Below, one piece after another: positions 46,449 to 57,195 of a DNA stretch of 64,000 nucleotides. The number at the start of each line of letters is the position of its first letter. Position 1 is the stretch's first letter. The notes below the pieces were generated by a model that saw only the letters and a program-made list of their open reading frames with translations, did no database searches and was not told where the DNA came from. The position numbers and the translations under genes were made by a program. The stretch is taken from positions 1,856,001 through 1,920,000 of the forward strand of contig CP084167.1 of assembly GCA_021513715.1 (NCBI GenBank), read 5' to 3'. This stretch comes from Candidatus Heimdallarchaeum endolithica. Its GTDB lineage: Archaea > Asgardarchaeota > Heimdallarchaeia > Heimdallarchaeales > Heimdallarchaeaceae.

Positions 46449-49400
46449 TATTTCTTTTATTAACTCAAAAAGTTCTTTTGCTTCTCCTTCGTTATTATGT
46501 CCGAATAGGTATATTCTTATTGTTGGTGGTTTCTTATCATAAAGGATCGACACGAATTTATATCGATTAAATTTTTGTCCTCTTAGTCCATTAACAAAAA
46601 GATAATAGTATTCTTTTGGGTTAGTGGTTGGCATTATCAATATTTGGTCTTTAAAATGATCTTTTAGTTTTTTATTAAAATCTTTAAGTGTATTTATATA
46701 TCTATTATAGATTCTTGGGCATTCTGGTCTTATGAAACCTTTTATTCCAGGTTTTGTGAAGTTTATAAGATCTGTTTTGCTCATTATTTCATCCATAATT
46801 CTTTTTAATTCTCCCTTTTCTCCTTGATATTTTCCGAACATTGTTTTTATATTTTCATTTAGCACTAAATTGTCCACGTTTTCAAGCAATTTTCCCAGAT
46901 CTTTTAGATATATTATTCTTCCTTTTACATCCGCATTTTTTCTTGTAAGCGCTGAAAGTATATTATCATCATTTGGTAATATAAATTCTGCTATTATATC
47001 TACCTGATATCTATATTCCTTTCTTTTATTCTTTATTGCTATTATTTCCCCTTCCGATATTTTTCCTTGTTCTTGTTCTAGAAACGCTACTAAATACCCC
47101 AGCGGATTCAAAGTTTCGTCTAAGTATTTTGTTACACTTTCAGGTTTACTTGCGTTAACTGGGTATTTAGCCATACAAATCCCATTTAGTGCATATATTA
47201 GTTTATTTATTCTTTCGTGAGGATTAAATAGGGTGCTCATTTCTTTTAATCTGTTCAATTCCTTCAGGTAATCTGATAAGATCTTTGCTAATTCGGTTAT
47301 TATTTCATTTGTCAATTCTGTTGATGCAGAATAATAGAAATTCATTATTTTTTCAAGTATAATATATTCATCATTTGGTAAGTTCTCTTTTTTAACTATA
47401 GATTCTCCTTTTACTAGTATATCCAAATAGTTCTTTATTTCTATAATAGCATCTTCTACAGTCATATGATTTTTATCTATTATAATTTCTCCTTTTTCAT
47501 TACTTTCTATTTCAAAAGCTAGGACATTTCGATTTCTTAAATATTGACTGAATTTTAGAGCGCTGTCTGATATAAAAGCCCACACAATTTCTACTGTGAT
47601 ACTTAGCTCCTCTGCTATCTTTCTTAGCATTTTAAGATTAGAATATTCTGTATTCGTCACATTATTTAATTCATCTTTTAAGCTAACTATTTGTTTTTCC
47701 GTTCCTTCGAATCCAGTATATTTATCGTAATTGAGAGGTGAAAATAGTTTCCAATAAATAGATTTACCTTGTTTGTCTTTAATTATATTTCCATCTTTAT
47801 CTTGCAAGATTAATACAGGAATAAGTTCCCCATTTTTGTTAATCACTCTTATTCTTGACCACGTGTTCAATCCTATTCCGTTTTCAAGTAAAGTTTTTTC
47901 TTCTTTAGGTGAATATAATGTATCTACTAATTCTTTAGTAGTTACAGAAACAACTTTTTTTTGTTTTATTTGTATTTGATATAGTTGATATTTCGTTGGT
48001 ATATGATATAATGCTAGAATTTTTGCATGACTATTCCCTTGTATATAATTTTTATTAAAGTCATCCAATGTTGATATTAAAAACTCATTTGATTTAGCAC
48101 CATAGATGAGAACAAATTTTCCATACTGATTGGATTGTGCAGTATAAAAAGCTTGAGCTTCTTCTCCGAAATCTTGCTTGAAATTTTCATTTAAATTTGC
48201 TTTGTTAATAACGTTTAAAACGTTATGAAATTTTATCTTAAGGTATTCATTATTATTGTCTTCCACATCTGTTCTCTTTATGAGTACATAATCTTCAGCA
48301 GGATTATAGATATTTCCTTCTTCATCCTTAATTTCAAATAAACCAAAGTTTGTAGAATAACCTGTCGCCGCATGAAATATCAATTTAAAAGCAAATAATA
48401 TTTTAGCCATTTCATCTATAGTTAATTTTGTAGATTGTCCAGTAAAAAGCGAACCAACACCTAACAAAAATGTTGATAGAAAACCAGTATTATAAGCAAT
48501 TTGTTTTGGTTCATAATCTTTTGTCGCTAATCCATCATATATTTCAGATAATAATATTTTTCCCTTTGATAAATCGTAATCATAAACAAAGTCATCCATT
48601 AATTTCCTTTCCAAAACATCGAGTTTCTTTGATGTTGATTCGCTATAAACGTAACTCCATGCCGGAAGTCCACTTGTAAATTTTGATTCTGAAAAAACAC
48701 CATTTCCTATTATGAGGTCAATTCCTGTTGTAGAACTGAATTTGATGTTGTTTTGCGATTCCAATTCCATGGTGCTCTTTATAATATAATCCTTAATATT
48801 AACTTCAAACGGGTTATCATCTCCTTCCTTTAAATCAGATTTAATCTTTAAGAAGAAATTAGAACCGTCAAAGCTCTCATACATTATTTTATCTGTTTTG
48901 CGAAACAATAACTTCAAGTAATACATTACCTTTACCGCGCATTCTCTATTTGTTATTTCATTTTCTTGATTCTTTATGATGTCAAACATATATTTCGCGA
49001 ATTCAGAATAGAAGAAAATACGTTGCAATAATGTATAAATTGGGATAGCAGATGAAATAAATGTTTTAGCTATATAAGACAACGGAGCTTCTTCTCTTGA
49101 ATCAAATATAGAAACAAGATATGATTCAGAGTAACCTTTTTCTTTTAACCAGTCGAGGAATCTAATATCTAAGTCTTGTTCAAAAAATTTGTGTATCTTC
49201 TTTTTTTATCCATTTACCCAAATATTTTGGTAATTCCAAGTAAAAAACATAAATCTCAGGCGTCCTATAGTGTTTATATATAATTTCGTTTATTTCTTCA
49301 TCAACAAGTTTCGTTATTTCATTTTCTGATAAAAAAGGGCTTTCATTTCTAATTTTCTTCAATAAATTTTTTCTTGTTTCTTCAATATCTATCAAGTTGC

Positions 49401-49509
49401 TCCTAATAAGAAAAATTTCTTCTCTATTTATTGTGTTCAATGCATTCATTTTTGCAGTAATTTCATAATTTTTGCGTAATAGTAACTCACTCGATTCGAT
49501 TTTTTTCAC
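45726..49509 (-). pseudogene. Very large unknown protein (~1260 aa) split by one extra base in the T7 run at 49201-49207; joins ORFs 49180..49509 and 45726..49082
   Basis: Removing one A gives ...GKWIKKKIHKFFEQDLDIRFLDWLKEKGYSESYLVSIFDSREEAPLSYIAK..., continuous with the 1118-aa ORF. Contains GIDLII...FSESK, a possible PD-(D/E)XK motif. Confidence 0.7.
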
Positions 49510-49544
49510 CTTTCAAGTAATTTTATTTTATTGCCGTTTTATCT

Positions 49545-49836
49545 TTTTGTTAGAGAAAAGACTGTGAGATTTTTCTCTTTTTTGTAATTTCATACTGTTT
49601 CATAACTTAAGGAAAAGTATTTCAGCAAAGAATATTCTATTAAACATATAATTCCACTTGTGATAGTCTCTGTGGTTAATATAAAGTTTAAATTATTTTT
49701 TAGAAAGCCAATAATTATTAATTAAACTGTGTTTTTGAAACCATTTTTTAAGCACAAAACTAACAACAATATTCAAATTTTAACTTTTCTATAAGGTTTG
49801 TTCATCTGTTGAATGAACAGTCTTTTTCTAACAAAA
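49545..49836. repeat. ~20-bp imperfect inverted repeat bracketing ~290 bp of non-coding DNA
   Basis: TTTTGTTAGAGAAAAGACTGT (49545-49565) vs ACAGTCTTTTTCTAACAAAA (49817-49836); one indel. Confidence 0.55.
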
Positions 49837-49864
49837 TAAGTTAAATAAAAAGTAAAAAAAGATT

Positions 49865-50317
49865 TTATTCTGGAAGAACTACTTTTCCTCCAGCTTCTTC
49901 TATTTTCTTTATTGCACGTTCTGAAGCCTTTTTCACTTTTATTTCTGCAGGAGAAGTTATTGCTCCTTGAGCTAGAATCTTAGTGTATCCTAGTGCTCCT
50001 AGATCGATAACAATATTTTTCCCTTTTTTCTCAGCTTGTCCTTTAGCTATTAAATTAGGTATCATAGCGTCTATCTGGGAGATATTGATAACTTTATCTT
50101 TTTTGACCACTACAGGTGGCCGAGTAAAGCCATGTTTTCCTATAGGTTTTCGTCGACCTAGAATTACTAGCATCTTGTGTCTAGTTTTGGGTCCACATTT
50201 TCCTACACCTCCGCGAATACCGCTTTTTTTGTGTCCTTTTTGTTTTCCCCATCCATGATGCTGAGAACCTCTAAGTCTTCTTACCCTTTTCTTAAATCTT
50301 ACTACCATTTTTCTCAC
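49865..50317 (-). CDS. rpl15: 50S ribosomal protein uL15
   Basis: RGSQHHGWG, GKHGF, GYTKIL, KIEEAGGKV. Confidence 0.95.
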   Translation of the reverse strand: MRKMVVRFKKRVRRLRGSQHHGWGKQKGHKKSGIRGGVGKCGPKTRHKMLVILGRRKPIGKHGFTRPPVVVKKDKVINISQIDAMIPNLIAKGQAEKKGKNIVIDLGALGYTKILAQGAITSPAEIKVKKASERAIKKIEEAGGKVVLPE

Positions 50318-50799
50318 GCCATCCTCACAATTAGTTCATTTATTGCTTCTCCTCTGTAGCCTAGATCTCCTCCTTCATTGTATCCTCTTTTCACACTCTT
50401 GAACCCTTTTCTTGGTGGATGTAATCTGAAGAATTTCTTCAGTCCTGGAACATCACTCAATTTTGCTTTTCCTTCGTATACTGCTTTTGCAAAATCTTTT
50501 ATGCTTTTGTACTCTGAATTTTCTTTTATGTATTCATCAGTAAGTCTTTGTTTTCCTCTTAGTTCTCCTCTTTTTTCTAGTAAATATGTTAGGGTTTCAA
50601 GATTTATTTCTCCATATGTAATGGTATCTTTTGCTCTTTTTAGCATACCCATATATGATGGTGTATTAGGTAGTATAGTCATATAGTTTTTTCTTCTAAT
50701 GTTAAGCATATCTAGTGTTTCTTTTATTTTATAATAAAATCCTACAGTTCCTCTTATTCTTATTACTGCTAGCATTGTCTTTTTTTCCTCTTTGCTCAT
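50314..50799 (-). CDS. rpl30: 50S ribosomal protein uL30
   Basis: AVIRIRG, TYGE, FRLHPPRKG, GYRG.AINEL. Confidence 0.95.
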   Translation of the reverse strand: MSKEEKKTMLAVIRIRGTVGFYYKIKETLDMLNIRRKNYMTILPNTPSYMGMLKRAKDTITYGEINLETLTYLLEKRGELRGKQRLTDEYIKENSEYKSIKDFAKAVYEGKAKLSDVPGLKKFFRLHPPRKGFKSVKRGYNEGGDLGYRGEAINELIVRMA

Positions 50800-50809
50800 T
50801 TTTTCTCAC

Positions 50810-51457
50810 CTATTGTTTTGTCCAATCGAATGGTGCTACTACAGAGTAAGTGTTTTTTAATGCTTCAAAAGTTGCTTTTGCGAAGTTGTTTGTTGTTCTT
50901 GTTTCTCCGAATGTTTTACTCCACACATCGTCTATTCCTGCTAATCTCAGAACTGTTTTTGCCACATCTCCCACCACCAATCCTAGTCCTCTTGGTGCTG
51001 GAATCAGCACTACTTTTGTTGACCCGCATTTTCCTTCTACTTTATAAGGTACTGTGTGGTTTCCTCCACAAGAACATTCCCAGCTTCCACAAGCTCTTCT
51101 TACTGGTCTAACGTTCAATTTTGCATTTGTTATGGCTTTCTTTATTGCAGGTCCTATTTCTTTAAGTTTTGCCTCTCCTACGCCTACATAACCATTCTTG
51201 TTTCCTACCACTACAGTAGCTCTAAATCTTCTTTTTCTCCCTGCATCTGATTGTCTTTGGACTAGTTTAATATCAATAACTTCATCTTCAAGATCAGGTA
51301 ATAAAATATCTACTATTTCTGCTTCTTGTATTTTTAGGTTTTGTGCAAATATTTCGTCGATGCTTGTTATTTGTCCCTCTTTTACCATTCTTCCCAATCT
51401 AGTCAGTGGTTCCCATTCTTCATAATCTAAAAACTCATTACTACTCATTTTACTCAC
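50810..51457 (-). CDS. rps5: 30S ribosomal protein uS5
   Basis: [33 protein letters not shown]. Confidence 0.97.
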   Translation of the reverse strand: MSKMSSNEFLDYEEWEPLTRLGRMVKEGQITSIDEIFAQNLKIQEAEIVDILLPDLEDEVIDIKLVQRQSDAGRKRRFRATVVVGNKNGYVGVGEAKLKEIGPAIKKAITNAKLNVRPVRRACGSWECSCGGNHTVPYKVEGKCGSTKVVLIPAPRGLGLVVGDVAKTVLRLAGIDDVWSKTFGETRTTNNFAKATFEALKNTYSVVAPFDWTKQ

Positions 51458-52106
51458 TTTCCTCTATTTTTGTTTTTGTTTCCTCGAAGTAAGTCTGTAT
51501 TTCCTCTGGCTTTTTATTCACTTGAAGATATTTACCAAAGTACCTATTATACTTCTCTTTATCTTCTTTTGCCAAGAGTCTTCCGTAATTTGCTATATGC
51601 TCTCCTCTAATTCGCTCTTCATCTGGGATCATTTTTTCTCCATAAGGTATTTCTACTCCAGCATCGACTATTCCTTTCAACGCTGCAAATAACCTTGTTT
51701 TTGGTAATGCTTCCAAGGTTCCAATATCTAATATCGCTTCATCTATATCCGCTTTTAGCGCTTTTTTGCCTGCTAAAAATCCCGTTAGATAAGCTGCAGG
51801 CATATTGGATGTTGCTATGTCCCAACCGTATTGTGCTAAATCTTTTGATAACACTTGGGTGATTGTTTGGTCACCTCCTTGTTGGGATCGGATAAATTGA
51901 ATACGTAGAGCTTTATTAGAGGGGCGTATTGCAACACGAATCTTTCCTGATTTTAATAATCTTGTACGCTGCCCATAGTCTGTTTTTTGCTCTCTTCTTC
52001 GCCTGAAAGGCATCTTGTAGAGAGGACCATGCTTCTTTTGTGGTGGAGGACTTTTTCTCTTCCTATATCTCTTTCTTCGTTTCATTGCTTTTTTTGACAT
52101 TGACAT
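51450..52106 (-). CDS. rpl18: 50S ribosomal protein uL18 with basic N-terminal extension
   Basis: [31 protein letters not shown]. Confidence 0.95.
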   Translation of the reverse strand: MSMSKKAMKRRKRYRKRKSPPPQKKHGPLYKMPFRRRREQKTDYGQRTRLLKSGKIRVAIRPSNKALRIQFIRSQQGGDQTITQVLSKDLAQYGWDIATSNMPAAYLTGFLAGKKALKADIDEAILDIGTLEALPKTRLFAALKGIVDAGVEIPYGEKMIPDEERIRGEHIANYGRLLAKEDKEKYNRYFGKYLQVNKKPEEIQTYFEETKTKIEESE

Positions 52107-52120
52107 CTTTTAGTCACCTC

Positions 52121-52591
52121 TTATTTTAAGTCAGGAAGGCGTTTCTTGGCCAACCCATGTTCCTCAATGTATGTTCTAAGATATCGTACACTCCTAAATA
52201 AGCCACCTTTAGCTTGTAAATAGAGTTTCCTGTAAACAGATTTTTCTATATATCCTTCATTTCTCAGCTTAGCAAGGTATTTTCGTTGAGCTCGAATGTG
52301 ATTAATCCAACGTGTTTTTCTTGGAAGTCTAGAGTATTTTGGACCCTCTCTGCTTCCAGGACCTTTTCGTTGTCCTTTTCGTTTTTTAGCAGCATTTGCT
52401 CGAGCTCTACCTCTGCTTACGCCTTTCACTTTTCGTTTCTTTATGTCTCCAGTATCGATGTGCCCTCGAATATCTTCTCTTGTAATAGCTAATGAGAGAT
52501 CTTGTAGGCTGTCAGGATCAATCTTAACTCTATTTTTTCCAACCTTTAATATTTTGGCAGCAATTCTTCTTTGTGATTTTACATCAGTCAT
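52121..52591 (-). CDS. rpl19e: 50S ribosomal protein eL19
   Basis: QRRIAAKILKVG..RV, AITREDIR, GPGSR.G, W...IR.QR. Confidence 0.96.
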   Translation of the reverse strand: MTDVKSQRRIAAKILKVGKNRVKIDPDSLQDLSLAITREDIRGHIDTGDIKKRKVKGVSRGRARANAAKKRKGQRKGPGSREGPKYSRLPRKTRWINHIRAQRKYLAKLRNEGYIEKSVYRKLYLQAKGGLFRSVRYLRTYIEEHGLAKKRLPDLK

Positions 52592-52621
52592 TCTTTTTCA
52601 CGCCCATATTCGCACTATGTA

Positions 52622-53173
52622 TCATTCTGAAGATTCTTGTTCTGAATCTTCATTTTCTAAAGCTTCCTCAGGTTCTTCCTCAGGTTCTTCCTCAAAGTCT
52701 TCTTCAAATTCGAATTCGTCTTCACCTAGCAATTCATATTCTTCTGCTTCCTCACCAAATTCAGCTACTTCAACAGCCTTTACTGGTAAATTAAGCACTT
52801 TCATATGAAGATCTTCGGCGCGTTCAATAATTTGTTGTCTTTTTCTTGAACCTACTGTTCGTTGAATCATGACAGCATCTGTTTCTGGATCAAGTTCGTC
52901 CAATTGTGAAACATTGCTTACATAATTAACTGAATAACCTGAAGGATGCATACCACGAACTGCTTTAGGCCCTCTATAACCTACTCCAGCCATTTTTGGA
53001 TATCCTTTTATCTTTTTGCGCATTTTGTTGTCAATACCTTTTGGTCGACGCCAATTGCTTTTAAGACGTTTGTATCTCCAAGATTCTGGCCGAACGAAAT
53101 TGGGCCTTCTTGCATTTATTTTTTGCTTTATACGCAATAACCGTAATCGTTCTTTATTTTCTGTCATCGTCAA
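52622..53173 (-). CDS. rpl32e: 50S ribosomal protein eL32 with acidic C-tail
   Basis: P.F.R..SWRYKRL..NWRRPKGIDNK, GYRGP, RG.HPSG. Confidence 0.95.
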   Translation of the reverse strand: MTMTENKERLRLLRIKQKINARRPNFVRPESWRYKRLKSNWRRPKGIDNKMRKKIKGYPKMAGVGYRGPKAVRGMHPSGYSVNYVSNVSQLDELDPETDAVMIQRTVGSRKRQQIIERAEDLHMKVLNLPVKAVEVAEFGEEAEEYELLGEDEFEFEEDFEEEPEEEPEEALENEDSEQESSE

Positions 53174-53410
53174 TCAACTATTAACGTCAATAACGTGGTG
53201 TAAGTAAAATCTCCACTGTCCTTTTTTAATCATTATCATTGTTGTTTTTTTGCAACTAATTAGAAAAAAATTCATTTTGAGAGATTAGACAATAGTAGAA
53301 CGTTTTAATCGCAGAATTTGAAAATATAGACAAAAAACTTTAGCAGTATCAAATAACAAAAGTTTATACTATAATAAAATAAAATAAAATAAAAAAATGT
53401 GTATGAGAGA

Positions 53411-53968
53411 TTACTCTTTCTCGAAAACCCAAACTCCATCCATGAAAACTTCAGGATCTTTTTTTCTCTTTCCTCTTAACCTACATATCTCTTGCATATT
53501 TGCAACTGTTTGCCCTACTGCTTCTTTGTCTATTCCTGTTGTGATAACATCTTCTTTATCAACTGTAACTTTAGTATCATCGCCGACTATTTTTGCTTTT
53601 AGTAATTTTCTCCCACCATAGAGATTTTTTATTATCACTTCTCTTTTCTTATTATCTGGTTCTACAGTAATTGGAAAGTGAGAAAATACTATTTTAGATT
53701 TGTAAGTGAAACCTTTCTTTGTTCCTTCTATCATATTATTAAATAGTCCAACAGCAGAAAGAATCTTTGCTTTCTTTCTTCTGTTTAAGTTATATGCACT
53801 AAATTTCATTTTAGAGCCTTCTAGACTAATATAGGTTTCATCAAATCTCCTAAAATCTTTTGTCAATTTTCCTTTAGGGCCTTCTACAGTAATTATTTTT
53901 CCATTCAAAGTTACTTTTACGTCTTCAGGAATTTCTATTTCTCTTTCAATAAACACCGTTTTTGTCAT
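53411..53968 (-). CDS. rpl6: 50S ribosomal protein uL6
   Basis: GPKG, NMI.G...GF.Y, SHFP, GIDKEAVGQT, D..VF.DG. Confidence 0.95.
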   Translation of the reverse strand: MTKTVFIEREIEIPEDVKVTLNGKIITVEGPKGKLTKDFRRFDETYISLEGSKMKFSAYNLNRRKKAKILSAVGLFNNMIEGTKKGFTYKSKIVFSHFPITVEPDNKKREVIIKNLYGGRKLLKAKIVGDDTKVTVDKEDVITTGIDKEAVGQTVANMQEICRLRGKRKKDPEVFMDGVWVFEKE

Positions 53969-53978
53969 TTTATGTCAC

Positions 53979-54371
53979 CTAGTAGATATATGCTAACAAT
54001 CTCCCGCCTATTCCTTTTTCTTTTGCATCATCATGACTCATCACTCCTTCAGGAGTTGTAACAACGAGCACACCAAAGTTCCGTGCAGGCAAATATTTTT
54101 GCTCCCATTCTTCAAATTCGTCTTTTGCTACAGGATAACGAGGTTTTATTACTCCACATTTGTTAATTCTTCCCATTAACTGAACTTCAAATATTCCTCC
54201 CCGATGATCATTGATATACTCTAATTCACCTAGATAACCAGCTCTTTGTGCAGTTCTAAGGACATTTGCCACTAGCTTACTTGCGGGTTTGATAGATACT
54301 TTTTTCTTTCCGGTTCTTTCAGCATTCAAGATAGAATTAAGAGCATCTGCTAAAGGATCAACTTGTACCAT
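53979..54371 (-). CDS. rps8: 30S ribosomal protein uS8 (start corrected to ATG 54371)
   Basis: [31 protein letters not shown]. Confidence 0.96.
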   Translation of the reverse strand: MVQVDPLADALNSILNAERTGKKKVSIKPASKLVANVLRTAQRAGYLGELEYINDHRGGIFEVQLMGRINKCGVIKPRYPVAKDEFEEWEQKYLPARNFGVLVVTTPEGVMSHDDAKEKGIGGRLLAYIY

Positions 54372-54372
54372 T

Positions 54373-54540
54373 TTATCCACCTCTACTCCCGGTTTTCTTG
54401 AAACCAATTTTATCATATATTTCTCTAATACACCTTCTACAAATCATCAAGTCAGCTCTTCTAATTACTCCTTTATGTGTCCCACAACGTTGGCATTGAC
54501 GAGATCCTTTTCCATATTTTATTTCTCTTCTTTCTTGCAT
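54373..54540 (-). CDS. rps14: 30S ribosomal protein uS14 (55 aa, missed by the ORF track)
   Basis: [55 protein letters not shown], between rpl5 and rps8. Confidence 0.95.
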   Translation of the reverse strand: MQERREIKYGKGSRQCQRCGTHKGVIRRADLMICRRCIREIYDKIGFKKTGSRGG

Positions 54541-54545
54541 TTTTA

Positions 54546-55118
54546 TCACTTCACAATTTTAATATTAAACTCTTTAGAAGCGAATTCCATTGCTTCCTCT
54601 TTTGTAATCAGATGTTTTTTAGGTATTTTCTTTCTTTGATTTCTTCTGTATTTCAATCTGTAACCTGGTCGTTCTAGTTTCACAACAACGTTAAACCCTA
54701 TTGTTCCCAACATTGGATCAAAAGGTGCATCACGAATATCTACATGTTCAGTTATACCGAAACTAAAGTTACCTTGTTGATCAAATGCCTTCTGTTTTAT
54801 AATGTAGTCTTTTGCATATAAACATCTGTCTAACATTTCTTTTGCTTCTTCTCCCCGCAAAGTAACGATAGCTGCAATAGGCTCCCCTTTCCTTATTCCA
54901 AAGTCTCTGATACTTTTCTTTGCTGGTCTTTCGGAGGGAACTCGTCCTGTAATTTGAGATAATATGGTTTTAGCTCTCTCGAATCTTGGACCAGATTCAC
55001 CTACAGCAGCGTTCAATATTACTTCTTTCAAGTATGGCTTTCTCATGGGGTGTTTTTCCCATTCTTTTGAGTATTTTTCTTCGATTTCTATTTCTTCTAA
55101 AGGTTCTCCAAAAAGCAT
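54546..55118 (-). CDS. rpl5: 50S ribosomal protein uL5
   Basis: VGESG, DFGIRKGEPI, FD..GNFSFGI.EH, ERPG.R. Confidence 0.96.
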   Translation of the reverse strand: MLFGEPLEEIEIEEKYSKEWEKHPMRKPYLKEVILNAAVGESGPRFERAKTILSQITGRVPSERPAKKSIRDFGIRKGEPIAAIVTLRGEEAKEMLDRCLYAKDYIIKQKAFDQQGNFSFGITEHVDIRDAPFDPMLGTIGFNVVVKLERPGYRLKYRRNQRKKIPKKHLITKEEAMEFASKEFNIKIVK

Positions 55119-55876
55119 TAGTTATCCACCTCCGGTAAACCAACATCTTGATCTGGCGTATCTTTTCCGATAACAAAAATATAACGATACAAAGTTTCAA
55201 TTGTAGTTCCTGATGTAGTACGAATAGTAGCAGTTTTTGTTTTTGATGTACCATGAGTGCTAATATTTTCTATTATTCCATGTTGACCCATACCACGACC
55301 ACTGATAATTAAACCATAATTACCAACTTCTAAATCAAATTTGTCAAGTATTTTTTGCTCAGGTATAGATATTTTTACTGTTGCATGAGTTGTATATTCT
55401 GCTGCGATCTTATAATCATCTTCTGAAAGGATAATATTTCTACCATCATGAAGATTTAATTGCGTTTTTCCTCCTTTCAATGTGGTTTTATTTACAATTT
55501 GACAGAATTTCACTTTTGCTTTTTCTTCATCTATAGGTACAAGACGTAAACCAATTTTTGGTTTGTATAGCATTCTATAATGTTCGTTTATTTTAGGTAA
55601 ACTAAAAACATCCATGAAACCTACAGGATATTTTCTGTTGAGTCTTACACGTCCATCAACAAGAACATTACGTTCATAAATTATTTTTTTAACTTCACTG
55701 ATGTTTCGAGCATATTTTAAGAGATCTCTTAAAATTATCGCTGTGGGAATACAAACATCTGCTGCATGAGGGCCAGGAGATGGTCTAACTGAAAAAGTGT
55801 ATTCTTTTTTGTGTATGGGGTAATGCTCTGAAACCACCAATCTTTTCAAGTGTTTTTTACCGCCTGATTTTGTCAT
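55118..55876 (-). CDS. rps4e: 30S ribosomal protein eS4
   Basis: HLKRL, PSPGPH, VDG.VR, PVG.MDV, QLNLHDGRN. Confidence 0.96.
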   Translation of the reverse strand: MTKSGGKKHLKRLVVSEHYPIHKKEYTFSVRPSPGPHAADVCIPTAIILRDLLKYARNISEVKKIIYERNVLVDGRVRLNRKYPVGFMDVFSLPKINEHYRMLYKPKIGLRLVPIDEEKAKVKFCQIVNKTTLKGGKTQLNLHDGRNIILSEDDYKIAAEYTTHATVKISIPEQKILDKFDLEVGNYGLIISGRGMGQHGIIENISTHGTSKTKTATIRTTSGTTIETLYRYIFVIGKDTPDQDVGLPEVDN

Positions 55877-56400
55877 TATTCATTCTCCTCCTCTGTAGAA
55901 TCTTCTTCAAGATCTTCTTCAAGATCTTCTTCGAAGTCTTCTTCGAAATCATAGCTTTCATCTAAAGTTTCTTCTACTTCTGTTTCTTCTTCAAATATGC
56001 TTTCTTCTAATTCTTCATCTGTCAATTCTTTGACTGAGAGTCTTTTCAACAATTCTTTCCTTTTTTTATCCTTCAAATTTAAACTTGTAATAATAATATT
56101 AGAAGGCTTTACTGGAAAAGATTTTATTGTTCCATCTGCTTTTTCCTTACTATGACCTTCAATGTGAATTGCATATTTCTGAGGAAGACATCGGATAACT
56201 TTTCCCTTTATCTCATCTTCTTCTCTAATAGCTTTAACTACAACAACTTTATCTCCTCGAACAACAGGAATTCTTTTTACACCATATTTTTCCTGTAATT
56301 CCTTGGAAAGTCTTGCAGTCATACCTTTCTTTCGTTGGTGCAAAGGACGATTGAAGTATCGTTTTCTTTGTTTACTGGGTTTAATTGTCTTTGTTTTCAT
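55876..56400 (-). CDS. rpl24: 50S ribosomal protein uL24 with acidic C-tail
   Basis: P.KQRK, LSKEL..KYG, GD.V, K.DG, PSN..I..L.L.D..R. Confidence 0.93.
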   Translation of the reverse strand: MKTKTIKPSKQRKRYFNRPLHQRKKGMTARLSKELQEKYGVKRIPVVRGDKVVVVKAIREEDEIKGKVIRCLPQKYAIHIEGHSKEKADGTIKSFPVKPSNIIITSLNLKDKKRKELLKRLSVKELTDEELEESIFEEETEVEETLDESYDFEEDFEEDLEEDLEEDSTEEENE

Positions 56401-56410
56401 CGTAAATCAC

Positions 56411-56833
56411 CTATACAATTATTGACGCTCTATGAGCGATCCTAGGCCAGTGTTCCGCTGCTTCCTTAGCGATAGGTCCACGAATTTCAGTACCTAGTGG
56501 ATCGCCTACTTCATTCGTCAAAACTATACCATTTTCTTCAAATTGTATCCATGTACCATCTGGTCTTCTGAAAGGAGCTCTCTGTCTAACAACAACAGCA
56601 TGATAAATTTGTTTCCTTCTTTTAGGAGAACCTTTTTTCACACTAACAATGCACATAGTTCCTACTGTTGCCCAAGGTATACGGTTTAATCTTCCTCTAT
56701 AACCTTTTACAGCAATAATTTCCACTTCTCTAGCTCCAGAATTATCAGCACATTTTACTCTACTACCAACAATAAGTGATGGTTTTCTTCTTTTTAATGG
56801 ACGTCCAACTGTCTTACGTTTTGCCATAATCAC
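56411..56833 (-). CDS. rpl14: 50S ribosomal protein uL14
   Basis: CADNSGA, VKKG, RQR...RRPDG, FE.N, GP.AKEAAE.WP. Confidence 0.96.
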   Translation of the reverse strand: MIMAKRKTVGRPLKRRKPSLIVGSRVKCADNSGAREVEIIAVKGYRGRLNRIPWATVGTMCIVSVKKGSPKRRKQIYHAVVVRQRAPFRRPDGTWIQFEENGIVLTNEVGDPLGTEIRGPIAKEAAEHWPRIAHRASIIV

Positions 56834-56838
56834 ACACC

Positions 56839-57177
56839 TTAAGATGATTTAAGTTTTTCAATTACAACAAAAGACACAGTCTTAGAGAGAGGGCGACATT
56901 CTGCTGCACGTACTAAATCTCCTTCTTTTACATTAAGACAAGGAGGATTATGTGCACTTATTTTCCCATGTTCTCTCTGGTATCTCCTATATTTCTTAAC
57001 ATATCGTAAGAAATCTCTTCGAATAACAACAGTCCTTCGCATTTTATCAGATACAACACGTCCAATAAATATTCTTCCCCTCACTGGTAATTTCCCATGG
57101 AATGGACATCTAGGGTCATCACAAGTTGTAGTGGGGGGTTCTACATCAATTCCAATATTCCGTACTTTACTACTCAT
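56839..57177 (-). CDS. rps17: 30S ribosomal protein uS17 (start ATG 57177)
   Basis: RNIGI.V..P...C.D..CPFHG.L.VRG, H.PPC, ECRPLSKT; GGAG RBS upstream of 57177. Confidence 0.96.
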   Translation of the reverse strand: MSSKVRNIGIDVEPPTTTCDDPRCPFHGKLPVRGRIFIGRVVSDKMRRTVVIRRDFLRYVKKYRRYQREHGKISAHNPPCLNVKEGDLVRAAECRPLSKTVSFVVIEKLKSS

Positions 57178-57195
57178 ATGATCAACTCCAATAAG

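Noticed and set aside
45726-49082. Site-specific retroelement or DGR explaining the 5'-truncated copy and A-depletion
   Set aside because: No YxDD reverse-transcriptase motif seen, no template/variable repeat pair with A-only differences, and the skew is symmetric on both strands.
54372-54416. N-terminal extension of uS8
   Set aside because: Overlaps the real rps14 gene; the correct start is 54371.
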